Shown: positions 37,622 to 51,784 of the stretch, one piece after another
Numbering within the stretch: the first letter of the stretch is position 1
How the letters are laid out: each line of letters starts with the position of its first letter
Assembly (NCBI GenBank): GCA_973895155.1
Contig: OZ316894.1
Span: forward strand, 9,968,379 to 10,032,378
Source: Marsupella aquatica
Lineage: Eukaryota; Plantae; Marchantiophyta
DNA: 64,000 nucleotides
Direction of reading: 5' to 3'
The notes under the pieces: generated by a model
What the model was told of the DNA's origin: nothing
The model's input: the letters and a program-made list of their open reading frames with translations, nothing else
The model's database searches: none
Program-made: the position numbers and the translations under genes

Positions 37622-39659
37622 TTTCTACTGGACTGGTTTTCTCAAGATCTCGCGCTACACTACCTCAATTGAAGAATAACTTAGTAAGTTATTGGTTTGT
37701 GATTATTTCAAAGCCCTTTTACTTTCACCTATGGCCTCTTGCGATCTCTTCGCAAGAATGACTGTTCTGCGATCTCTTTGCAAGAACGACTGTTCTGCTG
37801 ACTTCTGTGGTTTTCATTCTTGACTGCTTTTTTATCCCAGATTTTTCGTTTGAAACCGAACGTCCCAAATACTGAGACATGTGTCGTTCAGTTTCCAGGT
37901 AGTGATCCTGTTATGGGTTCGTAAGGTAGAGCTTAGCGTAGGTGCTAGACTGACATGTTGAATGCAAAAAAGCATCAGATCGTCTCTGCATTTTTATGAG
38001 ACTCAGGGTACAGCATGCGCGCAGTGGTATTGTTGCTACCCTAGATTGGGATCGTTGACGGTTTAGGTTGATTCATCTATTGACTCTTTCTCCGAAATAG
38101 TCAATTGTTCCCTAATTCCTCAAAACCATATGGGCCGAGCCTTTGCATCACTCTAAGTTCAAAATCATTCTGAACCAAGCATCAATGATTCCTCTCGCAG
38201 CTGTCATTTCTTTGGATCATTCACAGCATCAATCATGGCTGGCGGAGCAGGTAAAAGTGAATTTCCTCGTCCCTTTCTGATTGTAGTAGGAATGGGGCCA
38301 CCGCCACCTGAGACCGAGTCTAGCACGGCGTCACAGATGTTCCCTGCAGTTCTGAATTATTTGATCAAGTCCAGTACTGAAACTCCGACCGACAGATACC
38401 TTGGCCAAACTTTCGACAGTGGTTGTTCATGAATCTGTACCTGCTGCAAACTACAGGGGTTGTCCATGAATCTGTACCTACTGCAAAAACTACAGTAGAA
38501 CACAAATGGTTTTATGGATTCTATCTTCAGATTAAATAATGATGATACGACCCAGCTTTAATTGGTTACTGTAAATTTTGGTGAAATACTAGAAATACGA
38601 CTCGAAGTATCAGCTAGGATGCCATGAGTTCACCAATGAAGAAAAAGTTCACATCCGACCTCTTGTCTCCTAGATGCAATGTGACCCGCCTTTTTGTTTC
38701 TAGAGCCATAAAATTTGCCAAATTCCACCTCCCAAAAAGGTTTTTCCATTTTTGGCAAAATTTGGATAGTTTTCTATGTTTCGCTAGCTAGTGTCCACAC
38801 CAAATCGCGGGCCCCATTAACCAGAATCTAACGAGGGAGAAACGACGGTTAGAAAATTATTCTAGCAAAATCAGATAAAGAACATTTTGAGCATCGTCCA
38901 CATTCCTCCTCTGGCACAAAAAGAAAAACTTAAAAACTAAGCAGAATGTGACACCTCATCACCTTTTGTGATCTAACATATGATAAATCAAATATCCCCG
39001 CACGTGACTACTTCGTCACCTTTGTGACATCTCGCCACTTTTTCCGACACAGCAAAATCTTCCCTGAGAAGCGTGTTTCAACAAGAAAGATATATTAAGT
39101 AGTATATTAAAGTTAATAGTCTCATTTTGATGTCGTTTGCACATAGATGACCTACTTCCAGAATCCATATCAACCTTTTTCAATTTTTGACTAGATCATA
39201 ATCCTTGCCTTCGCCTTGACTCCTAACGGCTTATGACGTGGTATGTCCATTTGGCATCGGGGATTTTGTATAAAATAATGTTATTAGTTCATTTGATGTT
39301 GATCTCTTTAAATAGCGCAACTCGTAGTTCTTTGGCTTGGGTACAGAGTTTATTAATAAATCTATATTTGGACCAAAACTTTGTCGTGGCTCATTTTCAT
39401 ATAGAAATTGTAAGGAAGCTCGTAAGGAAGCTCAATTCACACAGTAAAATGCCCAAGTTTACTCCGACCACCTAAACATTCGCACCGCAGAACCAGACTC
39501 CCATATTAGAAAACTATAGGAAAAACTGAATCAAATCTCCTAAAACTCAAGACCTAGCTCAGCACATGACACCTACACTAAACCAATGTAAAGTAAATTC
39601 ATCCACACCATTGAAATGTCATGCTTTCCAATGTCCATTTCAACATGATATCTTTAGTA

Positions 39660-40511
39660 CTTACAGTTTTTTACCAACTTATCTCCCAAACTGACCCTAA
39701 TTATCAACCCATCCCCCAAACTATTTTAATTCCTAAGTTGACCCCTTTTGTACACAGGTTAACTTTAACTCATGTACTTAACTCCATTCCCTATTGGCCT
39801 GGGAGCATTTTTTTAAAACGAGAGTATGTTGGGAAGGAAAGAGGGGCACGACGAGAAGGAAGGGATGGCCTCGGGGGTCTCACTATATGGATGCCTCCCC
39901 CATCACCTGGGAAGTTTTTAGGCCTCAGACCCCCTAAAATGTAAGAAAAAAACATTATTTTTCAACCCGTATAAAATTAAAATATTCTTGGAATATTCCC
40001 AAAAATTGGTTACAAAGGCCCTTATGTTCTTATAAGTCTCAAAATTGGATTTAAAAGACCATATTGTTCTTCTGAGAAAAATTTTAAGTCTTCCCTTCAA
40101 ACTAATAAAATGACCCTTCTCTTCGGCGCACGTGATGTGACATTTTTGTGGAAGTGAAACCCCCAAGGGGATGGCCATGTTGTCGGGCCTGCCTTTGTGG
40201 GTTTGATGGGGCCTGGAAGAAGCCGGGGTCGTGGCTGCCCTATTGCAATGCCAAAGGCCAGCCTGGTACTCCCTTACTTGTCATGATGGTAAGGAGTCAG
40301 CCTGGGTTAGGGTAGAACAAGTTGGGGTTTGGCACGGCCAATAGGGCCTTGTTGTGTGTCATGCAACCAATAGGGAATGCCCTCAGGTTCAGTACATGAG
40401 TTAAAGTTAACCCATATCCGGAAAGGGGGTCGACTTAGGAATTAAAATACTTTAGGGGACAGATTCATAAATATGGTCAGTTTGGGGGATAGGTTAGTAA
40501 AAAATGGTTAG
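39660..40511. mobile_element. TA-flanked element with ~140-bp terminal inverted repeats
   Basis: 39660-39798 aligns with the reverse complement of 40367-40511 (e.g. ttttaattcctaagt, ggttaactttaactcatgtact, cattccctattgg). TA on both sides. Confidence 0.8.
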
Positions 40512-42759
40512 TAATTATTACCTTGTTTGGGTTGTTTTATATCATAATTGCCCAATGCCAGTGCGTTGCACAGTTTTTGTTGTGACTATGTTGTCAGTGC
40601 GGAAAGTGTGTAATTGCAACATGTGTTTTTGTTGTGGAAATGTTGTTGATGCACAAATCTGTACAGTTGAATCATTTAGAAGCCAACAAGAAGTAAGCGA
40701 TGGAAGGCACAAACGGGTAGGGAGAGTCAGGCAAGAGCCAAGGTGAAGCAGGGTGAGGATAATAGAGACATGGATGCACCAAGTGTGTCGGGCAGAAAAA
40801 AATGGACCAAGCCCCCTATGGCTTTCCCCGGCTCCCACCAGCCTTTTTTATCCTCGCCCTGGTTTTGGGAGTCCAATGGCCACCAAAATTGTCTCCCAAA
40901 TTGGTCCACCTCTAGGTCATGACCCACATATTTACCCCTTTTCAGACAATTCCATGCATGGTCCAATTGACTAAATAAATACTACATCCATTATGAATTC
41001 CAGCCAAAAGCCCAGGCATTTGCAAACAGACCATGGCTCCCCATCCACGGAACTAAATATCAAAACAAGCCTAATGCTTGTGCATGGCATGATTCTCATT
41101 GGAGCAATGTACTCACTGAGAACATGTTGTTATTGGCGCGACAATGCCCTTGCATTACACATGTGAGGTGAGGCAAGGGAGTGTTACTGTTTTCCTTTGT
41201 CATGATGTTGTGGTTATGGAAGTTCCTTGTTTTGATTAGGTGGTGGTTGCTGCGGAAATGTTGCCTATTTCATAAATTTATTATTCCAAAAGCAATGTTG
41301 TTGGGGAGGGCAGGGGCAGGGGGGCACAAAACAGGAAACAGTAGCCAGGACATTGCAGGGTCCAGGGTATGGTCAAGTGGCGATAATTTGTCTTCCTTTT
41401 CTTCCTTTCCCCTCCTGACCATTCATATTCTCTTCCCCATCCCCACATGTGAGGCTTGGCAGGCCCAGCATGCGCGGCCCAAGGCAATGCCTTGAGACAA
41501 CAACGGCAAGGCAATTGGGCAGATTTAGGAGGAGCCTTGGGGAGATCCAACTGTGAAGAGAGAGTGGGCCCATAATCTGACCCCAAATTTGACAGCCAGC
41601 ATTTTTTCCCACAAGGAAAACAATTTGTAAACAGAGGATAGAAGAGATCCTGTGGGATTGATAATTGAAGCTACTTACCTGAGTGATCAGTCCGTTCTAA
41701 AACATTATGTACAAAATAGTATTAACATTAACACTATAATATAATAATGCAAAGACTGGCAAATCTCAAGAGCTATGGCCACCTGGGCCTTGTTATTTGG
41801 GAAACCTAATATTGCAGCAAAGTGAATCCAAGGGAAAGGATTTTGGGATTTGCAGGAGCATGAAACATATCAGATTGAATCAGGAACCAAGAGGCATCAT
41901 TGGAGGCATCAAGGAAATGAAAGAACCGATCTACAAATTCAAAGCAATGGGATGAAGGTGTTGCAAAGACTGGGTTGACAAGAGACAGCTTGATCTGTCC
42001 ATGAGAATTAGCAATCACAACTTTCCTATGACTAGTCAAGCAATTGGTAACATAGTCATGGACTATTGGCAAAGAACTTTCTAAGGCATTCAAGCTATGA
42101 TCAAAATCATGTGTTCCCCCAAAACCCTAAGATTTGGAAAGTTTGGAAGTGACAACGGAAGGGCTTTTGTTTCAACCAAAGAAACAGGAAAATTGGTCAT
42201 TACACATTGATTTTTGGGAGGGGAATCCGAACAATGAGCTGCTACACCATGCCTTGCAGCCACCAAACAGACCAAACAAAGGGTCATATGGGATATTCCA
42301 ACAAGGAATGTGGTCAGAAATCTTATGTTACCTTGGTAAATGTTAGAGTAGTTGAAGAGTGTCTTTCCACTTGTCATTATTTCAAAAATGTGTAAATTAA
42401 ATAGAATGTTAAGACATATTACCAGAAAACACTCATATATCAATCACAACTCATCCAAAGATTAATTTCTTTCACCCCCTATTTTACCCTTTTCTTTGTT
42501 TACTTGAAATGTTACTTTTCAGTTTTCCTTGGTTTTACAATGACATGGTCTAACTGGTTTTCTTTGCCTTGTCTCAAACACGCCAATAGTCAAATTTGGT
42601 TCTTCTTGCATAACTAATGGTTCTTGTTTGTGACAAATGATGTTGATGTGGTTGCACGTACATCCAGGAATTGGAGAAGGGACTTCCCATGAGGGTCTGT
42701 AAAAAGTGTTTTAGCCAGAATTTTGTCATTCAAGCCCGAAAGGCTGGGATTTTTTACAT

Positions 42760-43170
42760 TGCTACCTAGCTTGAGAATCTGATTAAGTACTAAATAAATT
42801 TGAAGAAAATGGATGTCTCAAAAATTTGTCATGACCCTCATCAAACAAATCAGATGAAAAAAATGAAAGGGAAAGGAAAAGGAAAAACATGAAAGAAAGC
42901 TACGATTTGGGGGCAAAAGAAAGACAGAAATGGGTGGAAGGTTGGGGGGGGAGGAATGGAGTTGCAAGTTTCCTTTAGTTTAGCTTTAGCCACTGCTAAG
43001 TTTCTACTTTTGCTGAGCATTGTTTAGGGTCAGCTACTAATGTTTGATTGAAACCTGGTATGTTCTTTGACTGAGTGAATGGATTGAGGTCTAGTAGTGA
43101 GGCACCGTGATATGTTTCTTTTGCATGATCTGCATGAAAATCTGACTAGGGGGACAAGCATTAGAAAATA
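42760..43170 (-). repeat. Dispersed repeat, copy 2
   Basis: The reverse complement aligns with ~6740-7200. Confidence 0.7.
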
Positions 43171-44149
43171 CAAAAGGGGGAGCCAAGCTGTTGGTTTTCA
43201 TATGTCACAAACCCTTAACCGGGCAAGAAGACTAGGTCCATGAAGTAAATATCTTTTTTGCAATTTGTAAGGAGTTTTTCAAACTGGTGAAGCCTCAAAC
43301 TTATATCAGGGACCCACTTAATAGTTGCTCATAAATATTAGATATTAATATTTGTTCCCTGTATTTTTCTTTGCATGATTGCACCTGGAGCTGGAGAAGG
43401 GAAATTTTTTGGCAATTTTTAGCCAATGAGAAAAGTTACTACTCTAATGTCATTCTAGTTAGTGCAATAGATAGAAACTTATTGAAATATTATTTATGGA
43501 AAGTGAAGGCCGGATATACCTCCATGTTTGATAGTGCTCCCGTGGACCACATTTTGGTGGTCCATGGGAGTTTTGGGTTTATAACCTGATGCTTATTATT
43601 GAGTCCTAAAATAATCTTTAGCTTTTCACCTGCAAGGCAACTAGACAAGGGGGAAACATAAAGGAACACAAGCCCTAATATGTCATATTAACACAATGAA
43701 AATTAATCTTATAGAACTTACCCCTTGGCATTCCATGATGAATAACTCAACCAAAATGGCCAAAAAATCACTGCCAATTTGATGGAAGTGTAGCTTACCT
43801 ACTCCTCTAGGACATACTCAAAACTAATAAATATTTACATTTATGAACATCAAGTTATTACAATGAAACTCAAATTTGGGAAATGTGGTCCATGGGGGTT
43901 TCAAAAGACCAATGTTGTGGTCCAATGGAGAATCATTATCATTATATATAACTAACAAAATATTCTAGAGTGTTTAGAAAACATCAAAAGAAATCTCTCA
44001 TGTAAATTTTAAGAATGTTATGAACATTTTAATGTAATCACTGACCTCTCAATGTATACATTAGTTTTAAAAATGAGAAGTGAAAAAACAGAAGAACATG
44101 TATTAAAGCATACAGGTTGCGTGAACTCACTCGGCTGGTGAACTCACTC

Positions 44150-44610
44150 GGCTGGTTGTTTTGATATTGTGACACATAAAGCAAAGAGAAAAGCTTACAC
44201 CATGCTTTACCAAAAAAATGCTCGCAACACATGCTTCTGGTTGTTTCGATATTGCAACACATAAAAGCAAAGAGAAAAGCTTACACCATGCTTTCAGAAA
44301 TGCTCAAAACACATACCTTCTGCTGGTTGCTTTGGTATTCTGACACATAAAATCAAAGAAAAAAGTTTACACTATGCTTTAAAACAGAGGTATTTGCTTG
44401 ATTGACCCCCAAAATGAAATTTGTTACTTGATCTACCCCCTGAGGTCTATCAAGGGTCCAGATCTGAGATCGAAAGATCCATCAACAGTCAAGATTGGGG
44501 AAAAGTATGGAGGGGGTTGATTAATCAAACTTTTTCCAGAAGAGGGTTTACTAAGTATATCTCTCCTTTAAAACATGCTCAAAACAGCTCAAAACACATG
44601 CTTGGATGAT
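44150..44610 (+). repeat. Tandem array of ~85-bp units (about 3 copies), interrupted by a MITE
   Basis: acacataaa(a)gcaaagagaaaagcttacaccatgcttt..atgctc..aacacat units at ~44172, ~44257 and ~44343. Confidence 0.85.
44387..44565. mobile_element. 179-bp Mutator-like MITE, copy 2
   Basis: Perfect 10-bp TSD ctttaaaaca (44377-44386, 44566-44575). Inserted into a tandem repeat unit. Confidence 0.88.
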
Positions 44611-47600
44611 TTCGCAATACAGAGAAGCAGGCAGAATTTACAGAGAGAAAATCTCCCAAGTGATAACACCTCTTAAAACATTACTGAAGCTTGCTCTCAT
44701 CGCCAGGGTTTTAGGTTTCAGGGTTTATTGCATAGTGCGATTGCTGAAAAGTATGCAAATTTTGTTGGATTTCCACGGTGTTGTGTTTCTAGGTAGGGTT
44801 TAGGGTTTTGGGGCAACACTTTATTTTGTTAAAAAATTCTGTTCTGCTACAGTAGGTTTCTGATTGTCAGGGTTTTGGGTTTCTCAGGGTTTATCGCAGA
44901 GGTGTCTTTTCTGAAATGGGGCGACAGCATTAGTTGGTTTTTGCATTGTGCTAGGTATCTGTCGATTAGACTGCAATGAACATTCTCGGTAGCGACCAGT
45001 CGTAGGAATTTTTAGATCCCAACTTTTGGGATTGGCTGTACAGGTTGTGGCGGCACGGACCAGCCGAGTGAATTTGAGGCAGCTTGCAAGTAACAAAGTA
45101 GAACCAATGTCCTCTCTTCGGAATGCCGTGAAACGCGAATCGTAAGCGAGGAGCGCTCACAACCGTAAGTTAAGATTTGCTGTGTCGTGTGTTTACACAT
45201 TTTCGGGAAGCCCATTGTTGTATTCGGAATTTCTTGGAACTGGTACTACGTACTTCGTGCAAAAGAATTTCACAAGAAAGAGAAGACAATACTGGTGGTC
45301 CACTAAATCCATCAAATCTGCCCAAAATCTTCTAATGTCTTTGGATCGCTAAGTGGATTGTCTTCTGCAGGTTCTCGGGGAGAAAGCTACTATAAAAAAC
45401 CCCGATTAGATTCCTACAGAGTGATAAACCTCACAACCGGAGATGGAATTCACACATCAAAGTAAATTTCCTCAGATATTGTTTCATGTGGTCCTTCTGC
45501 ATTGCAATTGTAATTTTCCCTGTTGTTTCCACTCAGAGCTGGGAAGGAATAGTATTTTCAAGAAGAGATGCTATTAATGAAAACTCAAGATATTAGATAC
45601 GTGCTTAACAAGGCACAATCAGAGCAAAAGGTTTGTTTGTAAATCGCAACTGTTTGTGGACTAGCTTGTAATCTGGATATAGATTTGGCTGTCTAAAGTC
45701 TCTCTTCTGGCTAGATACATAATTTTCAGGAGACATGACATGCCTCATCTTTTTGCCCCAGTCGATAGTCTAGTGGAACAAATCTTTCGACATTTTCGGC
45801 CTTGGCCTCGGGCTGGATTTTGGATCTGATTTGCATTTTTTCTGTTGGTTGCCTACAGAAGGTGGAGCGGCTCGAAGCTATCCTTCATTCCGTGTGTCAG
45901 GCTCCCACCAACAGCCACATTTATTTTGCAGTTCAGTTTTATTTCGTCGTTGGGAGGCTGCCAAAGGAAACCCTTAGAGCACGTCAATGTTGCTTTGGAG
46001 TGACAGAAATTTCAAATCCCTGGACCCATCAGTGCTCAGTTTCAACTGAATGCATTCTAGAAAATGTCCAAAATCGTAGTTCCCTAAACGGAACTGCAAA
46101 ATAAATGTGGTTGTTGGTGTGAGCCTGACCAATCAGTGCCCAGTTTCAACTGGATGCATTCTAGAAAGTGCAGCTCATCAAGAACGCCCGGAACTTTGGG
46201 AAAAGATGAAATGCATGGTCGTCACAATAACAATAAAAAGCAGATTATGGTGGGTAATTTGATGCCTGCATGTTTTTCCCAAGCACTTGAGAACTTGTCT
46301 TCAACAGAAATATTTTATATCAAAGCAATCTGGCTGCCTGAATGGTGATTTGTAGGAGTGATGACACTTTTTGTACGCAAAAGGTTTTCATTGGGGGATA
46401 TGGCACGCTGTCAGTGATTTCTCATTTTGGCATGGCTTAAATGTGGCAGAGAAAAGGTACAAAACGCAAGCTACCTGGTGAGCTTCGTGGTCAGCTTCGT
46501 CGTGACGCTTCCGAGAATGTCCAGGAACCGGTATGCAAGCGGCGGCAAGAAAGGAAGAGGTGAAGTATCTGGAGAAAGTGCCCCAACTAAAGGCTTATGT
46601 CCTCAAAGGTCCACGAAGGCCGTTTTCTTGCGGGTAAGTCACCCACCAGCCGCAGCACGCAGTCTAGAAGTAGAGATCGATTCCAAATGAAAGGGATATT
46701 TTATTGTTTTAATACTTGCGTTGTAAAAGGAACCTGGATGCGCAAACTGGATGCTCGGGACATTAGCTGGAAACAAGCTATGTATGCTTTGCGTTGTCAT
46801 TCAAGGCTTTCTCACCTTGTCAGGGCAGGCTGCTTAATTCATCGCCGTCATGGTAGCAACCTACAGGCTGATTAATTCGGTGTTTGGGTTGTGCAGGCAA
46901 ACAGTTTTTTTCTAATCGCCACCAAAAATGGATTGTCAAACTACGGCCACTGAAATACCAGGGGATTCCCACAATCCTTCCTGAATAGAATAAAGCCTCT
47001 GGACATTAATTTTATGTGTTCATTCGACCGATCCTGATTCCCATCGGAGTATTGGAGAGAACGAGGGTTCTTTGAGACGTAATCCCAGAGAGAGAGAGGG
47101 TTCCCTGAGATGTAATCCCAGGCCCGAGATGTATAACTGTGAAGTAGCGATTTATTAAACTGCAAGGGGTATGTGGTTCAAAGCAAGTATTTTCACCCGT
47201 GATATCATCTTGAGTATTCGATGTTTCTCTTAAAACATCAAGTCTTAGAATGCTTTCCCACAACACTTCAACGCACCTGTTTCTAATATCACCAAGGTAA
47301 AGTACGGTATAATATGCTAGTTTCTACAGATTGTTCTTGAGAGGGGGCTATTGGGTTTGCACGAAACGATTCCGCATGCCCTTTTAGCCTTACAATTTTA
47401 AATTAACTCATGTAAGAAGATTGCTCTCAGACGGAGCAAACCCTTATTATTGTATTCTCCATCCTTGTGGTCACAGCACCTTCATACTCTTTAAGTAGAG
47501 TTGCAAGTCCACTCAACTCTCTTTTTGCAGGGCTGCCTGAACCTGCGACGAAGCTCTAACCACGGCCCAGGCGCTTTGGACTGTAGGTATATGTATGAAG

Positions 47601-48476
47601 TTCTTACAATCTCTTGGAGATTGCAAACGCTCCATACGCGACATGTCGTCGACCAAATCCATTAACACTACTTTGCGGTTTGCTTGGAATCTTGAATTCT
47701 TTTGATTCGCCCGAAAATGAACGTGGGAAGTACCATATTTATCGTTTACATAGATCAGCTAAATAGGTAACTGTGCCACATGGGATAATCTAGGTCCATC
47801 TTATCTACGCCTGGGTAACTTTTATGTTCAGTTACCAAACGGCGTCGAGAATAGGGTCCCGCAAAACTGTGATGATAGTATGACAACTCCATTGCAGATA
47901 TATATTTTATCTCTTGAAACTTCTAAGATATTCCCAAAAGTGCATGGAGAGAATCCTTCGGAAGAGCATCTGAACCTCTTATTAGCAAACTTCATGATTC
48001 GTTCAAAACAAGAAGAAAGGGAAATCTGAAGTCCTAATATGGATCAGGAAGATTCTGTGGTCAGAGGGGAGACACCATTATGCAAAAACTTACTGTTGCT
48101 CTCATTTTGATGGGCACAGTGGAGAAAGTTCAGTTTCGTTTTGGCGTAACTTCGAAGAAATTCATATTCTAATCTGGTCCAAATTCAAACCTCAGCTGAA
48201 GACGGATGTCAGAAATCCCTATCCACGTCAACTCACGATACGATAGCTCGAAAGGAAGATTGTCTGGTGTGGGAAGGGAAGAGGAAAAGGTTCGCTCGTT
48301 GGATCGAGAGAGCACCGTCTGTTGGGCTGCTGGCATTCGTGTTTTTGGATCAGTCGAATTGATAACTCGCATGCCCAGTCCATGCTTGATCAGCATTATG
48401 ATTGTCCTCATCGTTGCCTTCTGTTGTTGCGGGCAAGGAGAAGGCGAGGAGGAGGGCGGGCTAAGGTGTTAAAGGT

Positions 48477-50757
48477 ATGGCGGATATCCGAGGTTGTGGG
48501 ACGATTGTCGTGAAGCTGGCCGCTCTGGTAGTACTCACGATGCTGCTGCTGCTCTGCCCCATTAACGCAACGCTCCCGACAGTGCTGCCTAATCTTGGTG
48601 GAAGACGAGCAAATGGAAAGATTAATGCGTCGCTGCAGAGTAGCAGTAGGGTTCAGGGAAAAGCGCTGTCACCGGTTGTGTTGGTACCTGGAACAGGGGG
48701 AACACAGCTTGAGGCGAGGCTCACCAAGGAGTACAAGCCTGGGGCGTTCTGGTGTTACTCCTTCTCTTCCAGTTACTTCAGATTATGGCTGGACGCCTTT
48801 TCTCTGATTCCGCCGTTTACCACCTGCTTTGCTGAACGGCTCAAGCTGGTGTACAATGAGGAGACGGAGCGCTTTGAGAATTTCCCGGGCGTTGAGACGA
48901 GGGTGCCTTACTGGGGCAGCACCGAGGGTATGGAAGTTCTGGACCCTACTTTGAGGTACGTCTTTATCTCTTCGGTTCGGTGTAGTCTGCTCAAAATGAG
49001 TGTCAGAGAAAGTGGGTTCGGTTTGGTTTCTAGCTGGAATTCATCTAGCTGAAGCAAAAATGCTCAATTGGGAAACTAACTGACTGGTTGACTGAATGCT
49101 TGCTTCCTTGTCTGCCTGCCTGAAAATTGATCAACTAACTGACTGCTTAAGGAATAAATGAATGCATGGATAGTAAATGAAGCAGCGAAGGAATGGATGA
49201 GCGAATCAATGGGTGAATGAAGTGATGGGTGGATGATTGAATAGGATTCGAGGTCTTTCGAGATCCGAATGGGCCATGACAAAGTACCAGTTCCTCGAAG
49301 AATTGTACACAGGACATTCACGAGACAGTTCATCTTGTCTCCGATCATGTTGAGATGCATAATGAATTAAAGTTCATGGAACGGATTCTTATGCACATAC
49401 GTGGAGCAAACGAGTGAGATACTTATGAGAGCAAACATTAAGTGACTTGAAACATCACGGATGTGTAATACTCTTCCACATCTGAAGACAGAAAAAGATG
49501 GTAATGATCGAAATCATCTAAATTGATTTATGTACGCGTATAGCCAAGAGGCCATTGGGGTGGATGGGAGAGAGCTTTAGTTCACGTCTTGAACAAGATA
49601 TAATCTTACCTTTGTGCATTACAATTAGTCTGCCAACTCTAGACAACTAAGAGATCATCCCACCCGAAAGGAATTGGGGTTTTGGGCAGTGCATTCACGT
49701 ATTTGAATTTATATATTTTTTTCTAGCTTCAAAGTGGATTGGGTGTCTGAATCGGTGCCTCCAGATGAATATTGAGTGAGGTCCAGTTGCAGTCATTCAT
49801 AGTTGACATTTCCAGTAGAATCGTGTGTACTACTAATCCAAGGATTCTACCTGAAATTTTAACTTGTGAATCAGGAGTCTCGCCGCTTATATGGAGCCGC
49901 TTGTCTCAGGATTGAAAGCCGAGGGTTACGAAGTAGGAGAGACCCTTTTTGGGGCACCTTATGATTTCCGCTATGCGCCAGGGCCTTACGCCGCAGACGT
50001 GGCAGTAAAATATAGCAAAGATCTCAAGGAACTGATTGAACAAGCATATGCTCGAAACTCCAATAAAGCAGTGGTCCTCGCCGCTCACAGTCTAGGTTGT
50101 CTGTGGTCGCTCTATTTCCTAAACCAGCAGCCTCTTTCGTGGCGAAAGCAATTTATCAAGAGCTTTGTATCAGTTGCAGCTCCATGGGGAGGTACAGTGC
50201 AGGAAATGCTCACTTTTGCATCAGGCTATTCAGAGGGGATCGCTTTAATTGATCCCTTGACGCTGAGAAGCGAGCAGAGAAGTTCTGAGACCAACATGTG
50301 GTTGCTGCCAACTCCCAGGGTCTTCGGCCACCAACCTTTGGTCCTTACCAACACAAGACTGTACACAAGTCATGACTTGGAAGACTTTCTCATAGACATT
50401 GGATATCCAGAGGGTGTGAATGCATATAGGACTCGAATACCACACCTGACAAACAATCTGACAGCACCTGGAGTTCCAGTCTCAATCATCTATAGTTACG
50501 GAATCAAAACTCCTGAGAGGCTCTTTTACTATAATGGGTTTGATAAGCAACCAGCTGTCATGGATGGAGATGGAGATGGAACGGTCAATTATGATAGCCT
50601 AGTATCTGTGATTCCAGAGTGGACGGCCATGGACGGGCAGCTGATTCGGACCACCAAGTTGGGGAATTATACACACAGTTCTATCATACTGGAATCCGAT
50701 TCTGTGAAATCCATAGTTCAGGAGATTCTTCATGATTGGACTGCGGATGTCGAATAG
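48477..50757 (+). CDS. LCAT1: Lecithin:cholesterol acyltransferase-like 1 / phospholipase A (2 exons: 48477-48955, 49875-50757; 453 aa)
   Basis: Hydrophobic N-terminus, PVVLVPGTGGTQLEARL, FRLWL, LFGAPYDFRY, AHSLG nucleophile elbow, APWGG, GDGDGTV and a C-terminal His. The GT-AG intron joins the two ORFs in frame. Confidence 0.92.
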
Positions 50758-51330
50758 ACACAACTATTTTGAGAAGGGGCTTGCTAAGTGAGGTCTAGTT
50801 GTCCGGTACTTTCGCTCCAAGTTTTGACACATCTGTTGATCATGCTAGACTAGAAGAGTGTTACCGAGATGTTTTTTGCCAGTCCTGTTCTTGATCTAAG
50901 ACTGACTACCTGGCCTACATGTCGGCTATGGAAATCCTAATTGTATATTCTCTGCACTTCAGAAAATGAGTTGTCTCTAGTAGGTGTCTGCATAAAGTCG
51001 ATCACAAAATATTCCTGCCCAAGTGCAACCATGGCATTGCTGAGTGGTCTTGTAGCAGGACATTTGTTTTTTGCTTTGAGGGTGTGGTCATGGTTTCTTC
51101 TATGACCGTTTACTTAATCGCAGAGATCCGTCTCCCTTACTTAGTCGCTTGATTTCGCTGCCCACATTTAGTTGTTACTTGATGGACTCGTGGGTACTTT
51201 TTCGGTCATTCATGGAGTAATTTGCAACTTGGATTTCATTATTGTGATTCTAGTGGCAGACAGACTAGATTCTTGCCGTGACTCACGACGATCAATCCGT
51301 GACGATTGGAGCTTCTGGCTGTCCGAAACA

Positions 51331-51681
51331 ATGGGCAAACCTGTTGGAATGATGTTTTTGGTACTTGGAATGCTCGTGAGAGTTGCACACAATGTCCGAG
51401 CAAGCGATCAGGACTTGAAGACCGATTTCTGGATCAATCACACGTCTGCAGAGAATTTTTTCGTCACGGGATTTCGTTACCCTCCAACTAGTGGCGAAGG
51501 AGCAAGTTTTCGCCAACTCCCAGAACCTCCCAGGGCTCGCCGGGATTGGTCTCACGGCTGTACTGTCCCTGTTCGGGCCGCAGTTACAGACTTATCCTCA
51601 CACGCATCAGTGGATACCCGCAACCAGCTGTTCGAACGTACATTGGAGACGGGCGACATGTTCGTGTTTCCCAAGGGTTAA
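51331..51681 (+). pseudogene. Germin-like (cupin) pseudogene, 5' and central part, with a frameshift, an internal deletion and a truncation
   Basis: Signal peptide, then ASDQDLKTDF, (shifted frame) NLPGLAGIGL..PHTH, then directly VDTRNQLFERTLETGDMFVFPKG*. The segment after germin box 1 (PRASE..GF) is missing. Confidence 0.8.
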
Positions 51682-51784
51682 ACCCAGTCAGAGCATATCA
51701 ATTATGTCCAGAGTGTGTTCTGGTTCATTGAAATCGCTCTAGTCACGCAAAAGAATAAAAACAAATTGTCGACAGAATCTAACT

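Noticed and set aside
41780-42420. Coding-like decayed stretch
   Set aside because: No family motif could be identified in any frame.
44150-44380. Minus-strand GTAAGC..CAG pattern in each tandem unit, suggesting repeated mini-introns
   Set aside because: The implied introns are only ~48 nt, shorter than typical plant introns, and no ORF results.
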